A stretch of 64,000 bases of DNA from the human T2T-CHM13v2.0 reference genome, Homo sapiens. Positions within the stretch are counted from its first letter, which is position 1. Every line of letters starts with the position of its first letter. The translations under genes were made by a program, and so were the position numbers. The stretch covers positions 41,280,001-41,344,000 of the forward strand of contig CP068257.2 in NCBI GenBank assembly GCA_009914755.4, read 5' to 3'. Of the stretch, positions 17,951 to 31,448 are shown one piece after another. A model generated the notes under the pieces. It was not told the origin of the DNA, searched no databases, and was given only the letters and a program-made list of their open reading frames with translations.

Positions 17951-18183
17951 TGAGTGGTGAATTAGCAACAGTAACACTGATTATCCAACATATATTTTGG
18001 AATATCTACTATGTGCAAGGAATTTTTCTTAAACTCTAAGGTTATGAATCACTGGGCAAATCCATATAATTAGAGAATTTTAAGTGCTTTAGAGCGGTGT
18101 GATTCTACTGTGCTCAGCCTAGTCAATTTCGCATTAAACTGATTATCAGCTGAGTATCAATAATGTAATAGTGACTTCTTTTA

Positions 18184-18475
18184 TTTTTTTTGAGATGGAG
18201 TCTCTGTTTCCCAGGCTGGAGTCCAGCGGCACAATCTAAACTCACTGCAACCTCCGCCTCCTGGGTTCAAGTGATTCTCCTGCCTTACTTAGCCTCTTGA
18301 GTAGCTGGTACTACAGGCTCACGCCACCATGCCTGGCTAATTTTTTTTGTATTTTTAGTAGAGATGGGGTTTCACCATCTTGGCCAGGCTGGTCTTAAAC
18401 TCCTGACCTCATGATCTACCTGCCTCAGCCTCCCAAAATGCTGGCATTATAGGCGTGAGCCACTGCACCCAGCCA
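18184..18475 (-). repeat. Alu SINE (antisense)
   Basis: TTTTTTTTGAGATGGAGTCTCTGTTTCCCAGGCTGGAGTCCAGCGG...GAGCCACTGCACCCAGCC. Confidence 0.9.
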
Positions 18476-18534
18476 GTAATAGTGACTTCTAATCCTACAG
18501 CCCTGGTTTTTGATCATTAGAAACAGGAGTTTTG

Positions 18535-18828
18535 GCCAGGTGCAGTGGATAATTCCTGTAATCCCAGCGCTTTGGGAGGGCGAGGCGGGTGGAGCACCTG
18601 AGGTCAGGAGTTGAGACCGGCCTGGCCAACATAGTGAAACCCCATCTCTACTAAAAATACAAAAATCAGCCAGGCATGCTAGTGGGTACCTGTAATCCCA
18701 GCTACTCAGGAAGCTGAGGCAGGAGAATCATTTGAACCTGGGAGGCGGAGGTTGCAGTGAGCAAGATCGTGCCATTGTACTCCAGCCTGGGCAACAGGAG
18801 TGAAACTCAATCAAAAAAAAGGAACAGG
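18535..18828 (+). repeat. Alu SINE
   Basis: GGCCAGGTGCAGTGGATAATTCCTGTAATCCCAGCGCTTTGGGAGGGCGAGGCGGG... Confidence 0.9.
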
Positions 18829-18957
18829 AATGTTACTAATTTTAACTACTGCATTGCAAACAAATTGTATTGCAGTATTTTACCATCAGAAAAGGAAGGG
18901 AATTGTTTTGTTTGCCTCTGTTAGATATTTTATATAAACTTGAGGACATTTTCATTG

Positions 18958-19240
18958 GTGAGATTCGGAAGAGGTGAAGTTTCTTGCAGTACAGGGACGA
19001 AGTAGGAAGAGGTGAAGTTTCGTGCAGTACAGGGACGGAGTAGGAAGAGGTGAAGTTTCGTGCAGTACAGGGACGGAGTAGGAAGAGGTGAAGTTTCGTG
19101 CGGTGCAGGGACGGAGTAGGAAGAGGTGAAGTTTCGTGCGGTGCAGGGACGGAGTAGGAAGAGGTGAAGTTTCGTGCGGTGCAGGGACGGAGTAGGAAGA
19201 GGTGAAGTTTCGTGCGGTGCAGGGACGAAGTTGCTCCCCG
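18958..19240. repeat. 38-bp minisatellite, about 7.5 copies. The unit is AGTAGGAAGAGGTGAAGTTTCGTGC[A/G]GT[A/G]CAGGGACGG.
   Basis: Perfect 38-bp periodicity. The A/G variant positions are phased between copies. Confidence 0.95.
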
Positions 19241-19449
19241 CTGGCCACAGGCACTCAATGAGCTATTTTACCTATTTAGGGTTTCTGGGTTGGCCAAGTA
19301 ACCTCCCATCCCTTGTGATAGATAACTTTAAGTCACACCTTTGGGGGCAATGTGGGGGGCTCCTGTGCATCACATGGAGCACACTCCCCCAGCACTCTGC
19401 AGAGACAGACCCCCAGTCTGACTTAGAGAAAGTAACCAATGTAGGTGAG

Positions 19450-19749
<300 letters not shown>

Positions 19750-19928
19750 TTAAATATCAAAATTGAAAACTAGTATTGTGGTCATCTGCCTCAAATTGTG
19801 TTACCACACGGGAGACTTAGCAACTCAGCCAGATTCTTCTAAACACATTTTTTATAATAAAAGTGGTAAAACTACATTACCAAAAAGAAAATAGTAAACT
19901 TACCTAAAATCCACTATGCTAACCCACC

Positions 19929-20190
19929 CTTTTTTTTTTTTTTTTTTTTTTTTTTTGAGACAGCCTCACTCTTGCCCGGAGGAGTGGTGCGATCTCAGCT
20001 CACTGCAGCCTCGTCCTCCCAGGCCCAAGCAATCCTCCCATCTCAGCCCACTCTGTAGCTGGGACTGTAGGCACTGGCCACCATGTCCGCCTAATTTTTG
20101 TATTTTTTGTAGAGACAGGGTTCAAGAGATCTGCCTGCCTCGGCCCCAGAAAGTGCTGGGATTGCAGGCGTGAGCCCCCATTCCCAGCCA
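19929..20190 (-). repeat. Alu SINE, diverged (antisense), with a 28-nt poly-T
   Basis: Poly-T then GAGACAGCCTCACTCTTGCCCGGAGGAGTGGTGCGATCTCAGCTCACTGCAGCC. Confidence 0.85.
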
Positions 20191-20445
20191 TTAACATCTT
20201 ACAGGATTCCCCAGTGGTGGTGGTAGGTGTAACCATTTTAATGTACCTACAACTTTTCTATCCTGCTATTTGCATTTTTTGGTTTTTCATTTAATAGTTC
20301 TCAAGCTGGGATCCGTGGAACTACTGTGATGGGCGGTGATGCTTTGGAAATGGAAATTCCCTTAATATTAAAATGAACATGAATATATTTTGATTTGCAT
20401 ATATTTTTAAGATAAAGCATGAGACTTGTATAAAGTTCTTTCCTG

Positions 20446-20735
20446 GCTGGGCGCGGTGGCTCATGCCTGTAATCCCTGCACTTTGGAAGGCTGAGGCAGA
20501 TGGATCACCTGAGGTTGGGAGTTTGAGACCAGCCTGACTAACATGGTGAAACCCCCTCTCTACTAAAATTACAAAATTAGCCGGGCGTGTTGGTGCATGC
20601 CTGTAATCCCAGCTACTCAAGAGGCTGAGGCAGGAAAATCACTTGAACCCAGGAGGCAGAGGCTGCAGTGAGTGGAGATTGCAGCATCGCACTACAGCCT
20701 GGGCAACAACAGCAAAACTCCGTCTCAAAAAAATA
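20446..20735 (+). repeat. Alu SINE
   Basis: GGCTGGGCGCGGTGGCTCATGCCTGTAATCCCTGCACTTTGGAAGGCTGAGGCAGATGG... Confidence 0.9.
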
Positions 20736-20962
20736 AAGTTCTTCCCTTAGAACTAGTCCTGTTGGGCTAGTCTTTCTGGGATTTTGGTTTACTCTCCTCC
20801 ACCCATTGGAAGGGCTTAAAACCGAATAGCCAGCACCAAGCACAGCTCTGCATTTTGTAGCTATCACTGCAGATGATTTCTTGATAGTCCATCTGGTGGC
20901 AATACAGTGGTCACCCAAGGGGCCATTGTTTGGGTCTATGTGATTTCCCACGTTCTGTCGGA

Positions 20963-21097
20963 GGCCGGGCGCAGTGCCTCACGCCTGTAATCCCAGCACT
21001 TTGGGAGGCTGAGGTGGGCAGATCACGAGGTCAGGAGATCGAGACCGTCCTGGCTAACACGGTGAAACCCTGTCTCTACTAAAAATACAAAAAATTG
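20963..21097 (+). repeat. Alu left monomer (FLAM-like)
   Basis: GGCCGGGCGCAGTGCCTCACGCCTGTAATCCCAG...GAGATCGAGACCGTCCTGGCTAACACGGTGAAACCCTGTCTC. Confidence 0.85.
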
Positions 21098-21567
<470 letters not shown>

Positions 21568-22209
21568 TTAAATTAAATAAGTGGGTGTTTTAAGTGCTCA
21601 GCTTCCTTGGTTCTACCACCTTCTCTCCCTGACCCTCCTTCCCTTTCCCCCTGACCTTGGCCTTTATTCTAGAACGGATCTGAAGCAATAGGATATAAAA
21701 AATTCACAACTGCTAAAACAGTGTTCCTTCTAGTGTAATTTTCACCCTTAGAGACCTGTCTGTAATAAACATTATTTGAAATGCCTACTATATGCTAGGC
21801 ACTATGCCTCGGCCACGGGTTCAGACGTGATCGAGACAGCCTGCCTTCTCTGAGTGTATGGCCTGGGAAAGGGGGCAGCTGAGAGACAGATGCATGGCGA
21901 TGTGCCGGATAACAGACGTAGAAGGCAGAGGCAGGGGAGCTGTCTGGGGAGAGGCAAAGATGGGGATTCATCAGAGAAGGCTTTGAAGGACATGATGCCT
22001 AACCTGGATGTCGAAAGGGATTTTGCCAGGAGCACAGGGCACTGGTGGAGGGAGCCCTGCGGGGCAGTCCTCAAGGCCTCCGGATGGGTGTGAGAGGCAC
22101 CGGGGCTGAAGCAGCATCTGGGTTTGAGGAAGCCACAGCCCCTTGGCTCTCCACTGCAGTCTCAGAGCAGCCTCAGGCTGAGTAAGTGGCTGAGGCCAAT
22201 CCTTTAGGA

Positions 22210-22365
22210 AAGGGCACCACGCCTGGCTAATTTTTGTGTTTATACTAGAGTCAGGATTTCACCATTTTGGTCAGGCTGGTCTCAAATTCCTGGCTTCAAG
22301 CTATCTCTCCCCCTCAGCCTCCCAAAGTGCAGGGATTACAGCAGGAGCCACCGTGCTGGCCCATA
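22210..22365 (-). repeat. Alu left-arm fragment (antisense)
   Basis: GGCTAATTTTTGTGTTTATACTAGAGTCAGGATTTCACCATTTTGGTCAGGCTGGTCTCAAATTCCTGGC...CAAAGTGCAGGGATTACAGCAGGAGCCACCGTGCTGGCC. Confidence 0.8.
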
Positions 22366-22482
22366 TATGCCATCTTTCAACTGCCTGTATTCAGAGACTC
22401 TGTCACCTCCTCAAGCCCTTCGTGGGAGGAAAACTAGACAGTGAAATCCAGCCAAACGAGATGAACTAACATTAAAAATTCA

Positions 22483-22790
<308 letters not shown>

Positions 22791-23070
22791 AATCAAGAAT
22801 TGAAGGCCACAGTAGTACTGGGGGAGACCTTAGAACCTATTTGCCTGTGAATTAAGGCTAAACAACTATGGAGATTACAAGACAGAATGAGAGTGTTATA
22901 AACCCTAACAAGTAAACAGAAGATAAACCAAGAACCTGGAGGACACAAATAGGAACTTGGGAGGTAGCCCAGGAGAACTCCTCAGCTCATCCTTCAGAGC
23001 AAATGAGTCAGTACTGTGCGGAATAGACACTTGGCAGGATGGAGATGAGAAATGTAAAATAGAAACTTGG

Positions 23071-23355
23071 AGGCCGGACGTGGTGGCTTACACCAGTAAT
23101 CCCAGCACTGTGGGAGGCCGAAGTGGGCAGATCACCTGCGGTTAGAAGTTCGAGACCAGCCTGGCCAACATGGTGAAACCCCATCTCTACTAAAAACCCA
23201 AAAATTAGCCAAGCATCATAGCGCTGGCCTATAATCTCAGTTACCTGGGAGACTGCGGCAGGAGAATTGCTTGAACCTGGGAGGCGGAGGTTGCGGTGAG
23301 CCAAGATCATGCCACTGTACTCCAGCCTGGGCAACAGAGTAAGACTCCGTCTCTA
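23071..23355 (+). repeat. Alu SINE
   Basis: GGCCGGACGTGGTGGCTTACACCAGTAATCCCAGCACTGTGGGAGGCCGAAGTGGGCAG... Confidence 0.9.
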
Positions 23356-23390
23356 AATAAATAAATAAAATAAAATAAAAAGCAACTCTT

Positions 23391-23530
23391 GGCCAGGCAC
23401 ATTGGCTCATGCCTGGAATCGCAGCACTTTGGGAGGCTGACATGGGAGGGTCACGAGCTCAGATGTTCGAGACCCGCCTGGGCAACATAGTGAGACCCTG
23501 TCTCAAAATAAATAAATAAATAAAAATAAA
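23391..23530 (+). repeat. Alu left monomer fragment plus (AAAT)n
   Basis: GGCCAGGCACATTGGCTCATGCCTGGAATCGCAGCACTTTGGGAGGCTGACATGGG...AAATAAATAAATAAA. Confidence 0.8.
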
Positions 23531-23696
23531 GAAGCAACTCTTTTAGCATTATAAGATAGGGCAGAGGAAAAAAAGAAAAAAGAAACAACTCTTCTTACCA
23601 AAAAAGGTTGAAAATATCCCTTCTGTTGTCCCCGCCCACAATGTCTTAAACCTAGCAGGTGCTGACCTAAAGGAAGAAGCAGGGGTGGCCAGGCGC

Positions 23697-24018
23697 GGGG
23701 GCTCACGCCTGTCATTCCAGCACTTTAGGAGGCCGGGCGCAGTGGCTCACGCCTGGAATCCCAGCACTTCGGTAGGCCGAGGCGGGCAGATCACAAGGTC
23801 AGGAGATCGAGGCCATCCTGGCTAACACGGTGAAACCCTGTCTCTACTAAAAATAGAAAACATTAGCTGGGCATGGTGGCAGATGCCTGTAGTCCCGGCT
23901 ACTCAGGAGGCTGAGGCAGGAGAATGGCATGAACCTGGGAGGTGGAGCTTGCAGTGAGCCGAGATCACATCACTGCATTCCAGCCTGGGCAACAGAGCGA
24001 GACTCTGTCTCAAAAACA
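23697..24018 (+). repeat. Alu SINE, preceded by a 44-bp duplicated Alu 5' piece
   Basis: GGCCAGGCGCGGGGGCTCACGCCTGTCATTCCAGCACTTTAGGAGGCCGGGCGCAGTGGCTCACGCCTGGAATCCCAGC... Confidence 0.9.
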
Positions 24019-24227
24019 GAAAACAGAAGCAGGAGCAAAACTCGTGCAAGTGGAGATTCTCTGGGCCAAGTTTATGGACTGCAAGCCAGGAGCACTGACT
24101 CAAATGGCCCCGAATATCCATGCTGTGATTAGCTGCAGTTACAAGTGGCATTTTGTTGTTTTGTTTTTGTTTTTTTGAGAAGGGGTCTCACTCTGTCCCG
24201 GCTGGAGCTCAGTGATATTTTGTTGTT

Positions 24228-24522
24228 TTTCTTTTTTTGAGAAGGGGTCTCAGTCTGTCACCCAGGATGGAGTGCAGTGGCTCGATCTCGTCTCATTGCA
24301 AGCTCCGCCTCCTGGGTTCAGGCGATTCTCCCACCTCAGCCTCCAGAGTAGCTAGGACTTCAGGCGTGCACCACTATGCCCAGCTTTTTAAAAAATTTTT
24401 TGTAGAGATGGGGTTTCACCATGTTACCCAGGCTGCTCTCGAACTCCTGGACTCAAGCAATCTGCCTGCCTCAGACTCCCAAAGTGCTGGGATTACAAGC
24501 GTGATCCACTACTCCAGGCCTA
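24228..24522 (-). repeat. Alu SINE (antisense)
   Basis: TTTTTTTGAGAAGGGGTCTCAGTCTGTCACCCAGGATGGAGTGCAGTGGCTCGATC...CACTACTCCAGGCC. Confidence 0.9.
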
Positions 24523-24547
24523 AAAGTGGGTTTGGTTTAGTTTGTTT

Positions 24548-24768
24548 GTTTTTTTTGAGACAGAGTCTCGCTCTGTGGCACAGGTTGGAGCGCAGTGGCT
24601 CAATCTCGGCTCACTGCAACCTCCGCCTCCCTGGGTGTTTTGTATTCTTAGTAGAGACAGGGTTTCACTATGTTGGTCAGGCTGGTCTCAAACTCCTGAC
24701 CTTGTGATCCATCTGCCTCAGCCTCCCAAAGTACTGGGATTACAGGCATGAGCCACCGTGCCCAGCCT
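24548..24768 (-). repeat. Alu SINE with an internal deletion (antisense)
   Basis: TTTTTTTGAGACAGAGTCTCGCTCTGTGGCACAGGTTGGAGCGCAGTGGCTC...CATGAGCCACCGTGCCCAGCC. The middle segment is missing. Confidence 0.85.
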
Positions 24769-24867
24769 AGTTTTGTTTTCTTGAGACAGCGTCTCAGTGG
24801 TGTGACCTCTGCTCACTGCAGCCTCTGGCTCCTGAGCTTAAGTGATCCTCCCATGTTGCCCATGTGA

Positions 24868-25700
24868 AAGAAAAATATTTTGGGCCCCAAAATCACTAAG
24901 GAAAAGTCAAGCTGGACACTGCTTAAGGGAAACCTGCCTCCCATTCTATTCAAAGTCACTCCTCTGCTCACTGAGATAGATGCATATCTCATTGCCTCCT
25001 TTGGAAAGGCTGATCAGAAACTCAAAAGAATGCAGCCTCCAGTGTCTCACCTTTCTGTGCCCAGCAAGCTCCCTCCCCGCTTGGAGTGTTCCTGCCTTTG
25101 CTTCAAGTTGTCCCACCTTTCCAGAAGAACCAAGGTGCTTCTTACATATATTGATTGGTGTCTCATATCTCCCTAAAATGTATAAAACCAAGCTGTGGCC
25201 CAACCACCCTGGGGACATGTCATCAGTGCAAGGCTCTTGCATTGGTTGGAACCCCGAGAGCGCGCCAACAGACAACATGAGGCGGTGTGGAGCAACATGC
25301 TGTTTTAATGAGCGCCTGCATGCAGACAGGCTGAGGCCTAAAATGGCATCAGCCCCAAGTGAGGATGGGGCAGGGGTTTTATAGTCCTCTGTAAACAGGA
25401 ATTGTCCCAGCCTAACGTGACTGCTATGTAGTACCAGGGCGACCTCCCTCTTGATCTTCAGGGGGTACGTGTCTTCCAGCCAGCTCTCTTCCTGCCTCTG
25501 CTATCTTGCTGCTGGTGCAAGTTTGTACCTTGGGACTGGGCCTGAGGAGGAGGAGTTATTCATCCCGCAAGCTTTCAGGCCCCGAGGAGAATCTTCCATT
25601 CCTGTCTATTTGGTTATAGAAAAGGGGAAAGGGACGACTTTCTCAATAACTACTTCAGGCGTGACATAGGGGTGGCGTGGGCACCTTGGAAAAAGAAAAA
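24868..25700 (-). mobile_element. 3' LTR of the HERV-H-like provirus. In sense orientation it carries TATAAAAG and an ATTAAA poly-A signal.
   Basis: The 25222-25600 stretch is ~90% identical to 33988-34375 in the 5' LTR. Its reverse complement contains TATAAAAGCC at ~25390 (on the minus strand) and ATTAAA. It lies adjacent to the end of env. Confidence 0.75.
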
Positions 25701-25775
25701 CTTAATTTTTGGGGTATTCTTGAGAGACGGGTTGGTATCCATCGTGCCGCTGTAGCAGGAGCATCATCTGGATTG

Positions 25776-26210
25776 TCAGGAGGTTAACTGTAGTTTCAAC
25801 AAGAGTTTTAATGGGATACCACAGGGGAGAAACAGGAGGACCCCAGTGATGAAAATGACTGTCCCCACCAGCATTTTAAATCCTCCTAAATTAGAGAACC
25901 ACCCTCCTAGAAGGTTTGCTGGGTCCCATCCCTCCCAGGTTTGGACTGGTACACGGGCTACTTTTCTGATGTTTGAAGCGATTTCCAGAACCTCTTCTCC
26001 ATTATTGCCTATGTTAAGACAGCAATTGGAGATGTTAAACTTACCACAGCCCGCACCCTCTTCTGCTAATAAGTAGTCTAGGGCCAGCCTGTTTTGATAA
26101 ATTGCCGCGCGCATTTGGTTTTGTTGTTGCGCGAGCATTTCTAGGGCTGAGGCAGTTTGGTTAGTGATTATCTCTAGAACAGCTTGTAGTCTAATCGCTC
26201 TATTTGGCAT
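25776..26210 (-). pseudogene. Retroviral env transmembrane (TM) subunit remnant. It carries the immunosuppressive-domain-like [26 protein letters not shown] (CX6CC) and a membrane-spanning segment.
   Basis: Track ORF 25776..26210 (-) gives ...[39 protein letters not shown]...[39 protein letters not shown]. This is the gamma-type TM signature. Confidence 0.8.
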
Positions 26211-27008
26211 ATATATGGGAGTGCGATAACCCCATGAACCATCCTCTGCCCAAGTGGCAGGACCATAGTATTCAATGATCCGTTGCGGGGGCCACTCGTC
26301 CTCTCACAATCTTTGGCTCCCTCCTACCTCCAAGGATCATTTTTCTCTGGTTATCATACACAGGGACTCTGAGGGTGTTGCCCGCCTGCTTCGGAAGTAA
26401 AAAGAATCCAGGTTGAATTGTGCCTAGGAAGCAAGTACCTTGCCAGTGATAAGGTAGCTGTGAGTAAGCCTGGGTTCCCCATATCCACAGGAATCCGTCA
26501 GTGGCAGTCCATTGTCAGCTGGTGTTCCTAGGATTGTCGCATAGTACACTTAGGCGGAGGTATGCGGCATAAGGGTTAGTGGTGTTTGTACAGTACCAGG
26601 CCTTTTTTGACAAGACACAATTGAGGTAGCTTAAGTTAGAAGGAGACCAGGCTCCAGGGGGTAACCTTGGCCACCACTCAGCTATGGAGGCATTGACTGT
26701 TAGGGTTTGGTGACGGGTTTTCACCTACGGCGCGATGGGTTTTATCAGTCCACTTGCGGGATATGCACACCGTCCCTCATACTGAGTTGGTAAGTGTCCA
26801 GGACTGCGGGCATTCCTGAGGAGTGAAAGTGAGTCTGGGGTTTTGGGATGCCTGTAAGTAAGGGGGAATGTCTATCCCGTCCCACAGCCACTGTTCACTC
26901 ATAAAGCTCCCCCGCATACCCAACAATTGGACACATTCATGGTAAGCACAATGGTTCTCCTAGATCTACAAACAGATTTTTTCCTGGCTTAGGAAGGGAT
27001 GCATCTGC

Positions 27009-27503
27009 TTATAGTTTTTGTATAAAGGAATGGAAATGCCGCGGGCGATTTTCAGGGGGAGTTGTTGGTTTTGAGGCTTTGGCTTTGGCTATAATCTGTT
27101 CTCTCTTTATGTCCTCAAGCACCTGAGTGTTTACTCCCCATTGTCCAATTTTGGTGAAGCAAAGCCACTGCTTCCCTCTGGGGCAAATAGCCCCATTACG
27201 ACTGCCACATACTCCTAGATTCTTTACTTTATAATAACTCTTTCCTGATTCAACACATTCCTCGATTAAGTTTCCATAACAGGATCTTTCTATATGAGTA
27301 TGGTAAGTAAAGTATTGTTGCATCTCCCCTCTGTAGTGCAAAGACTGATAACACTCACGGCAGCTCGGAGGGGCTGCTGTGGACAGCAGGACAGCTACTG
27401 ACAGTATTAGGATCGTGGTGAGGGATATTCCCATATTAAGACTTTTGGTTGGAAGAGAGGTATAGAAAGTGGTTGGGTAGATACAGGCCATTCCTGGAAG
27501 CAC
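27009..27503 (-). pseudogene. Retroviral env surface (SU) N-terminal remnant, with a signal peptide and a Cys-rich SU segment
   Basis: Track ORF 27009..27503 (-) has a hydrophobic leader SLTTILILSVAVLLSTAAPPSCRECYQ... and a CX2C motif. It lies immediately downstream of the integrase C-terminus, as expected for a gammaretrovirus. Confidence 0.7.
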
Positions 27504-27507
27504 GTGG

Positions 27508-28520
27508 TTAGTCTTCCTTGTGTTTTGGTTTTAAGAAAAAAATGTTGGTTAATTTAAACTTGGTAGGAGAAATTGGCCCAGACAAACACTTAGCTGTTAA
27601 TGTTTTGGAGGAAGAAGCTGCCTTGGGGGTGAGCTTGACCCTGGTGCGATGGATCCAGTTGGGGAGTCCTCGGACTCTCACTGCAGTTGGTGTGCTGAGT
27701 ATCACAGTGTAGGGGCCTGTCCACTTCGGTGGTAGCTTTTTGTGAGGGTCAGGTTGGCCGATAAACACGTCTGTGCCTGCAAGACAGTTATGATGTTGAG
27801 AGGATAAGGAGGTGTCGGCAGGGAGAGGCATGGCCTCACTCACTGCTTCACGAGTGAAAGACCGTGTCTGGATTAAGGAGGGGAGGTAATTCCTGAGTGG
27901 CTCAGAGTCTGTTAAGGGTGGAGGCTCTAAGACAAAAGTTCGGCCATACATGATCTCAAAGGGACTATAAAAAAAGGCTGCCTTTGGTGTTGCCAGAGTC
28001 TCATGAGGGCGAAAGGGAGACTTCTCGTACACGACTGGCAGATTTCTAGAGTGAGCTTGGTGAGTTGGGCTTTAAGGACAGAGTTGACCTTTTCAACTTA
28101 GCCTGAAGATTGAGGCCGGTAGGGTGTGTGGAGAACCCATTTTATTCCCAAGGATGTAGAGGCGCCTTGGGTGATTTGGCTGATAAAGGCAGGCCCGTTA
28201 TCGGACCGGATGGATGTTGGGAGTCTGAAACAGGGAATTATATGCATGTTGAGAGTTTGTGTGATGATATTTGCACCTTCTGAAGTTGTTGGGAATGCTT
28301 CTACCCACCTGGAGAAAGTACAGACAAAGACTAGAAGATAGTGGAGCCATTTATGGGGCAGCATGTGAATAAGTCTACCTACCAATCCTGCCCGGGTACC
28401 TTGCCCTGGGCTTGGTGGGTAGGAAAAGGCAGTGGCCAGAGGGAACCCTGGGGTGACATTGAGTGGCAGATAGAGCAGGACTGGGTGACCTCTCGAACAC
28501 GGCTGGAAAGATGAGGACAA
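27508..28520 (-). pseudogene. Retroviral integrase remnant (catalytic core plus C-terminal domain)
   Basis: LLVFVCTFSRWVEAFPT...SDNGPAF...YRPQSSG matches the DDE core. The C-terminal KWTGPYTVILSTPTAVRVRGLPNWIHRTRVK matches MLV IN ...[30 protein letters not shown]. Confidence 0.85.
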
Positions 28521-29234
28521 ATGAGGATAGGGCAGAGACGTTGCAGGACAGGTTTGTACCCGACATGGAAAGAGTTGTGGAGGCTTTGGAGGACAGGGAT
28601 TGTTTGAGAGTGAGGACAGCGAAGCGCACTTCCTTTGACATACCGTGGTCCTTGTTTTTGAAGGTTTTGGGCTTGGCAGTCCTCCTTTTCTTCTGGGGAG
28701 TAAAGAGGAGAGAACGAGGACAGGGAAAGAAACTGGCCTTGCACGGGTTGTAGGGCCATTTGTTTGGCTACTCTATCTGCTAAAGCATTTCTGGCCAATA
28801 TAGGATTGTCTGGGGTTTGGTGGCCCCTGCAGTGAATGATGGCAAGTTTCTGCGGGAGCCTGGCAACCTGAAGGAGCTTGCTGATGAGAGCATTTATGAC
28901 AGGGGTGTTGTTTGCAGTTAGGAAACCCCCTTCTTTCCAGATGGACAAGTGTGAGTGCACTACGTGGAACACATAATGAGAATCTGAATACATGTCCAGC
29001 TGCTCGAGTGAGAGCTCAAGTGAGGACGATGAGTTCAGCCTTTTGGGAGGTGGTTCCTAGGGGGACCAGATTAGCTTCAATAGTGTGGGTGGGTGACACT
29101 ATAGCATAGCCAGCATGTTGGCATCCTTGATGTAGGAAGGAGCTGCCATCTACAAACCAAGTAAAGGAGGCATCTGGAAGGGGTTGGGCTGTTAGGTGTG
29201 GAAAAGGTAAGAAAAGTTTGAACAGTGTCCACAC
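28379..29234 (-). pseudogene. Retroviral RNase H remnant
   Basis: ASFTWFVDGSSF...YAIVSPT...TSQKAELIVLT (29016-29234) and LAIIHCRGHQTPDNPILARNALADRVAKQ (28379-28993) match the gammaretroviral RNase H motifs TWYTDGSS, AELIALT and IIHCPGHQ. Confidence 0.85.
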
Positions 29235-30950
29235 AGAAGTGTGCAGGGTCTTGGGAGGTAGTGGCTTCAGGTAAGAGTGTGGCCGGGTTTAGACAGGAGC
29301 TGGTTAGCACGGTGATTTGGGGGGTTTCTATGAATAAAGCATACAGTTGGAGGAGCCGTGGGGCAGAGATGAGACTTAGTACGCTGCGGTGAGCTAGCAT
29401 GTCTTTGATGCTATGGGCTGACTAAACTGTTAGGTTGGCATCAAGAGATAGTTTTAGGCTTTCAAGGGTGAGGACAGCAGCTGCCACCAGTGCTTGGAAG
29501 CAAGCAGCCCATCCGAGAACTGTGGTTTCGAGCTGTTTAGAGAGGTAGGCAACAACCTGGAGGGCGGGTCCCTTAGACTGGGTTAGAACACGTAGTGCGA
29601 CTCCATGCCGTTCGTCAGGATAGAGGGAGAAAGGTTTGGTGAGGTCTGGGAGGGTGAGGATGGGGACTGGGGTGACAGACTTCTGGAGTAGGCAGAAAGG
29701 TTGGGTAATAGGCTGTGCAGGGTTTAAAGGCTCATGGAGAGGGCCTTTAGCAGCTTGGTATAACAGTTTGGCTAGTAGAGCGAAGGAGGGAACCCAGAGC
29801 CTGAAATATCCCGCTAGTCCTAGAAAAGAGAGAATTTCTTGCTTAGTTTGCGGAGGCGGGAGGGACTGGAAGAGGGATATGTGGTCTGTTATGAGCCCTT
29901 GGGTTCATGGGGTAAGAGCTAGGCCTAGATAGATGACTGAGGGGGTGCATGTTTGCGCTTTTTTAGGGGATACCTGATACCCCCACTCTGCCAGAAGTTT
30001 AAAAGAGAGATAGTATGGGCATTGCAGTCTTTTTGAGAGGGGCTACCCAGGAGCAGATCATCAAGGAGAGTGGACGGTTTTAGGGATAAGGTACAGAGGT
30101 CATGATCAAGGGCCTGTCCAAAAAGGTGGGTGCTGTCTCTAAAACCTTGAGGTAGTAGGCACCAGTGAGCTGATGTGAAAGGCGGGTGCTGTCTCTAAAA
30201 CCTTGAGGTAGTAGGCACCAGTGAGCTGATGTGAAAGGCGGGTGCTGTCTCTAAAACCTTGAGGTAGTAGGCACCAGTGAGCTGATGTGAAAGGTGGGTG
30301 TTGGGGTCTTCCCACATAACAACAAAGAGGTCTTGAGAATCAGGGTGCAAATGAACTGTGGAAAAAAGCATCCTTTAGGTCTAGGACAGAAAAATGGGTG
30401 GTATTGGAGGGAATTTTGGAAAGTAAAGTGTATGGGTTAGGGACTACTGGACATACTGGGAGTACAGTTTGGTTAATGAGCCTGAAGTCCTGGACTAAGT
30501 GGTAAGTTCCATCTGGCTTTTTAACAGGTAGAATTGGTGTGTTTAAAAGGGAGTTTGTTGGGCGGAGGAGGTGACTGGCGAGGAGGCGAGAAATGATAAG
30601 CTATAGGCCTACAAGAGCTGCTTAGGGGATTGGATACTGCTTCTGTGATAGGAACTGGGTGGGGATTTTAAGGGTAATGCAGAAGGGGGTGTGGTGTTTT
30701 GCAACTGAGGGTGTGGAAGTATCTCAAAACAGCGGGGTTAACCACGGATGGGGGATAAGGAAAGGTTGCATGTTTTAGGGTGGGAGGTTGCAGGAGTAGA
30801 AGAAAGTTAGAAGCCCTGGAGGGGTCTGGGTGGATGCGTTGGGTACTAGGGGAACCTGGGAGTGGAGAGTGGTGTGGAGTTTTGAAAGCATGGCTCTGCC
30901 TAGGAGTGGAGTTGGGCATGAGGGCAGGACTAAGAGTGAGTGAAGGAAGG
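29235..30950 (-). pseudogene. Retroviral reverse transcriptase region, heavily disrupted with no long ORF. Assigned by position between protease/gag and RNase H.
   Basis: The assignment rests on position alone. Only short ORF fragments remain. It contains a 3x 60-bp tandem duplication at 30120-30300. Confidence 0.5.
30120..30300. repeat. Three tandem copies of a 60-bp unit inside the provirus pol region
   Basis: AAAGG[C/T]GGGTGCTGTCTCTAAAACCTTGAGGTAGTAGGCACCAGTGAGCTGATGTG is repeated exactly three times. Confidence 0.95.
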
Positions 30951-31439
<489 letters not shown>

Positions 31440-31448
31440 TTATCAGGG

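Noticed and set aside
25776-27503. Possibility of an intact, co-optable env gene (syncytin-like) in the HERV-H-like provirus
   Set aside because: Env is split into at least two non-contiguous ORF fragments (144 aa TM and 164 aa SU N-terminus), with ~800 bp of frame-disrupted sequence between them. It is not intact.
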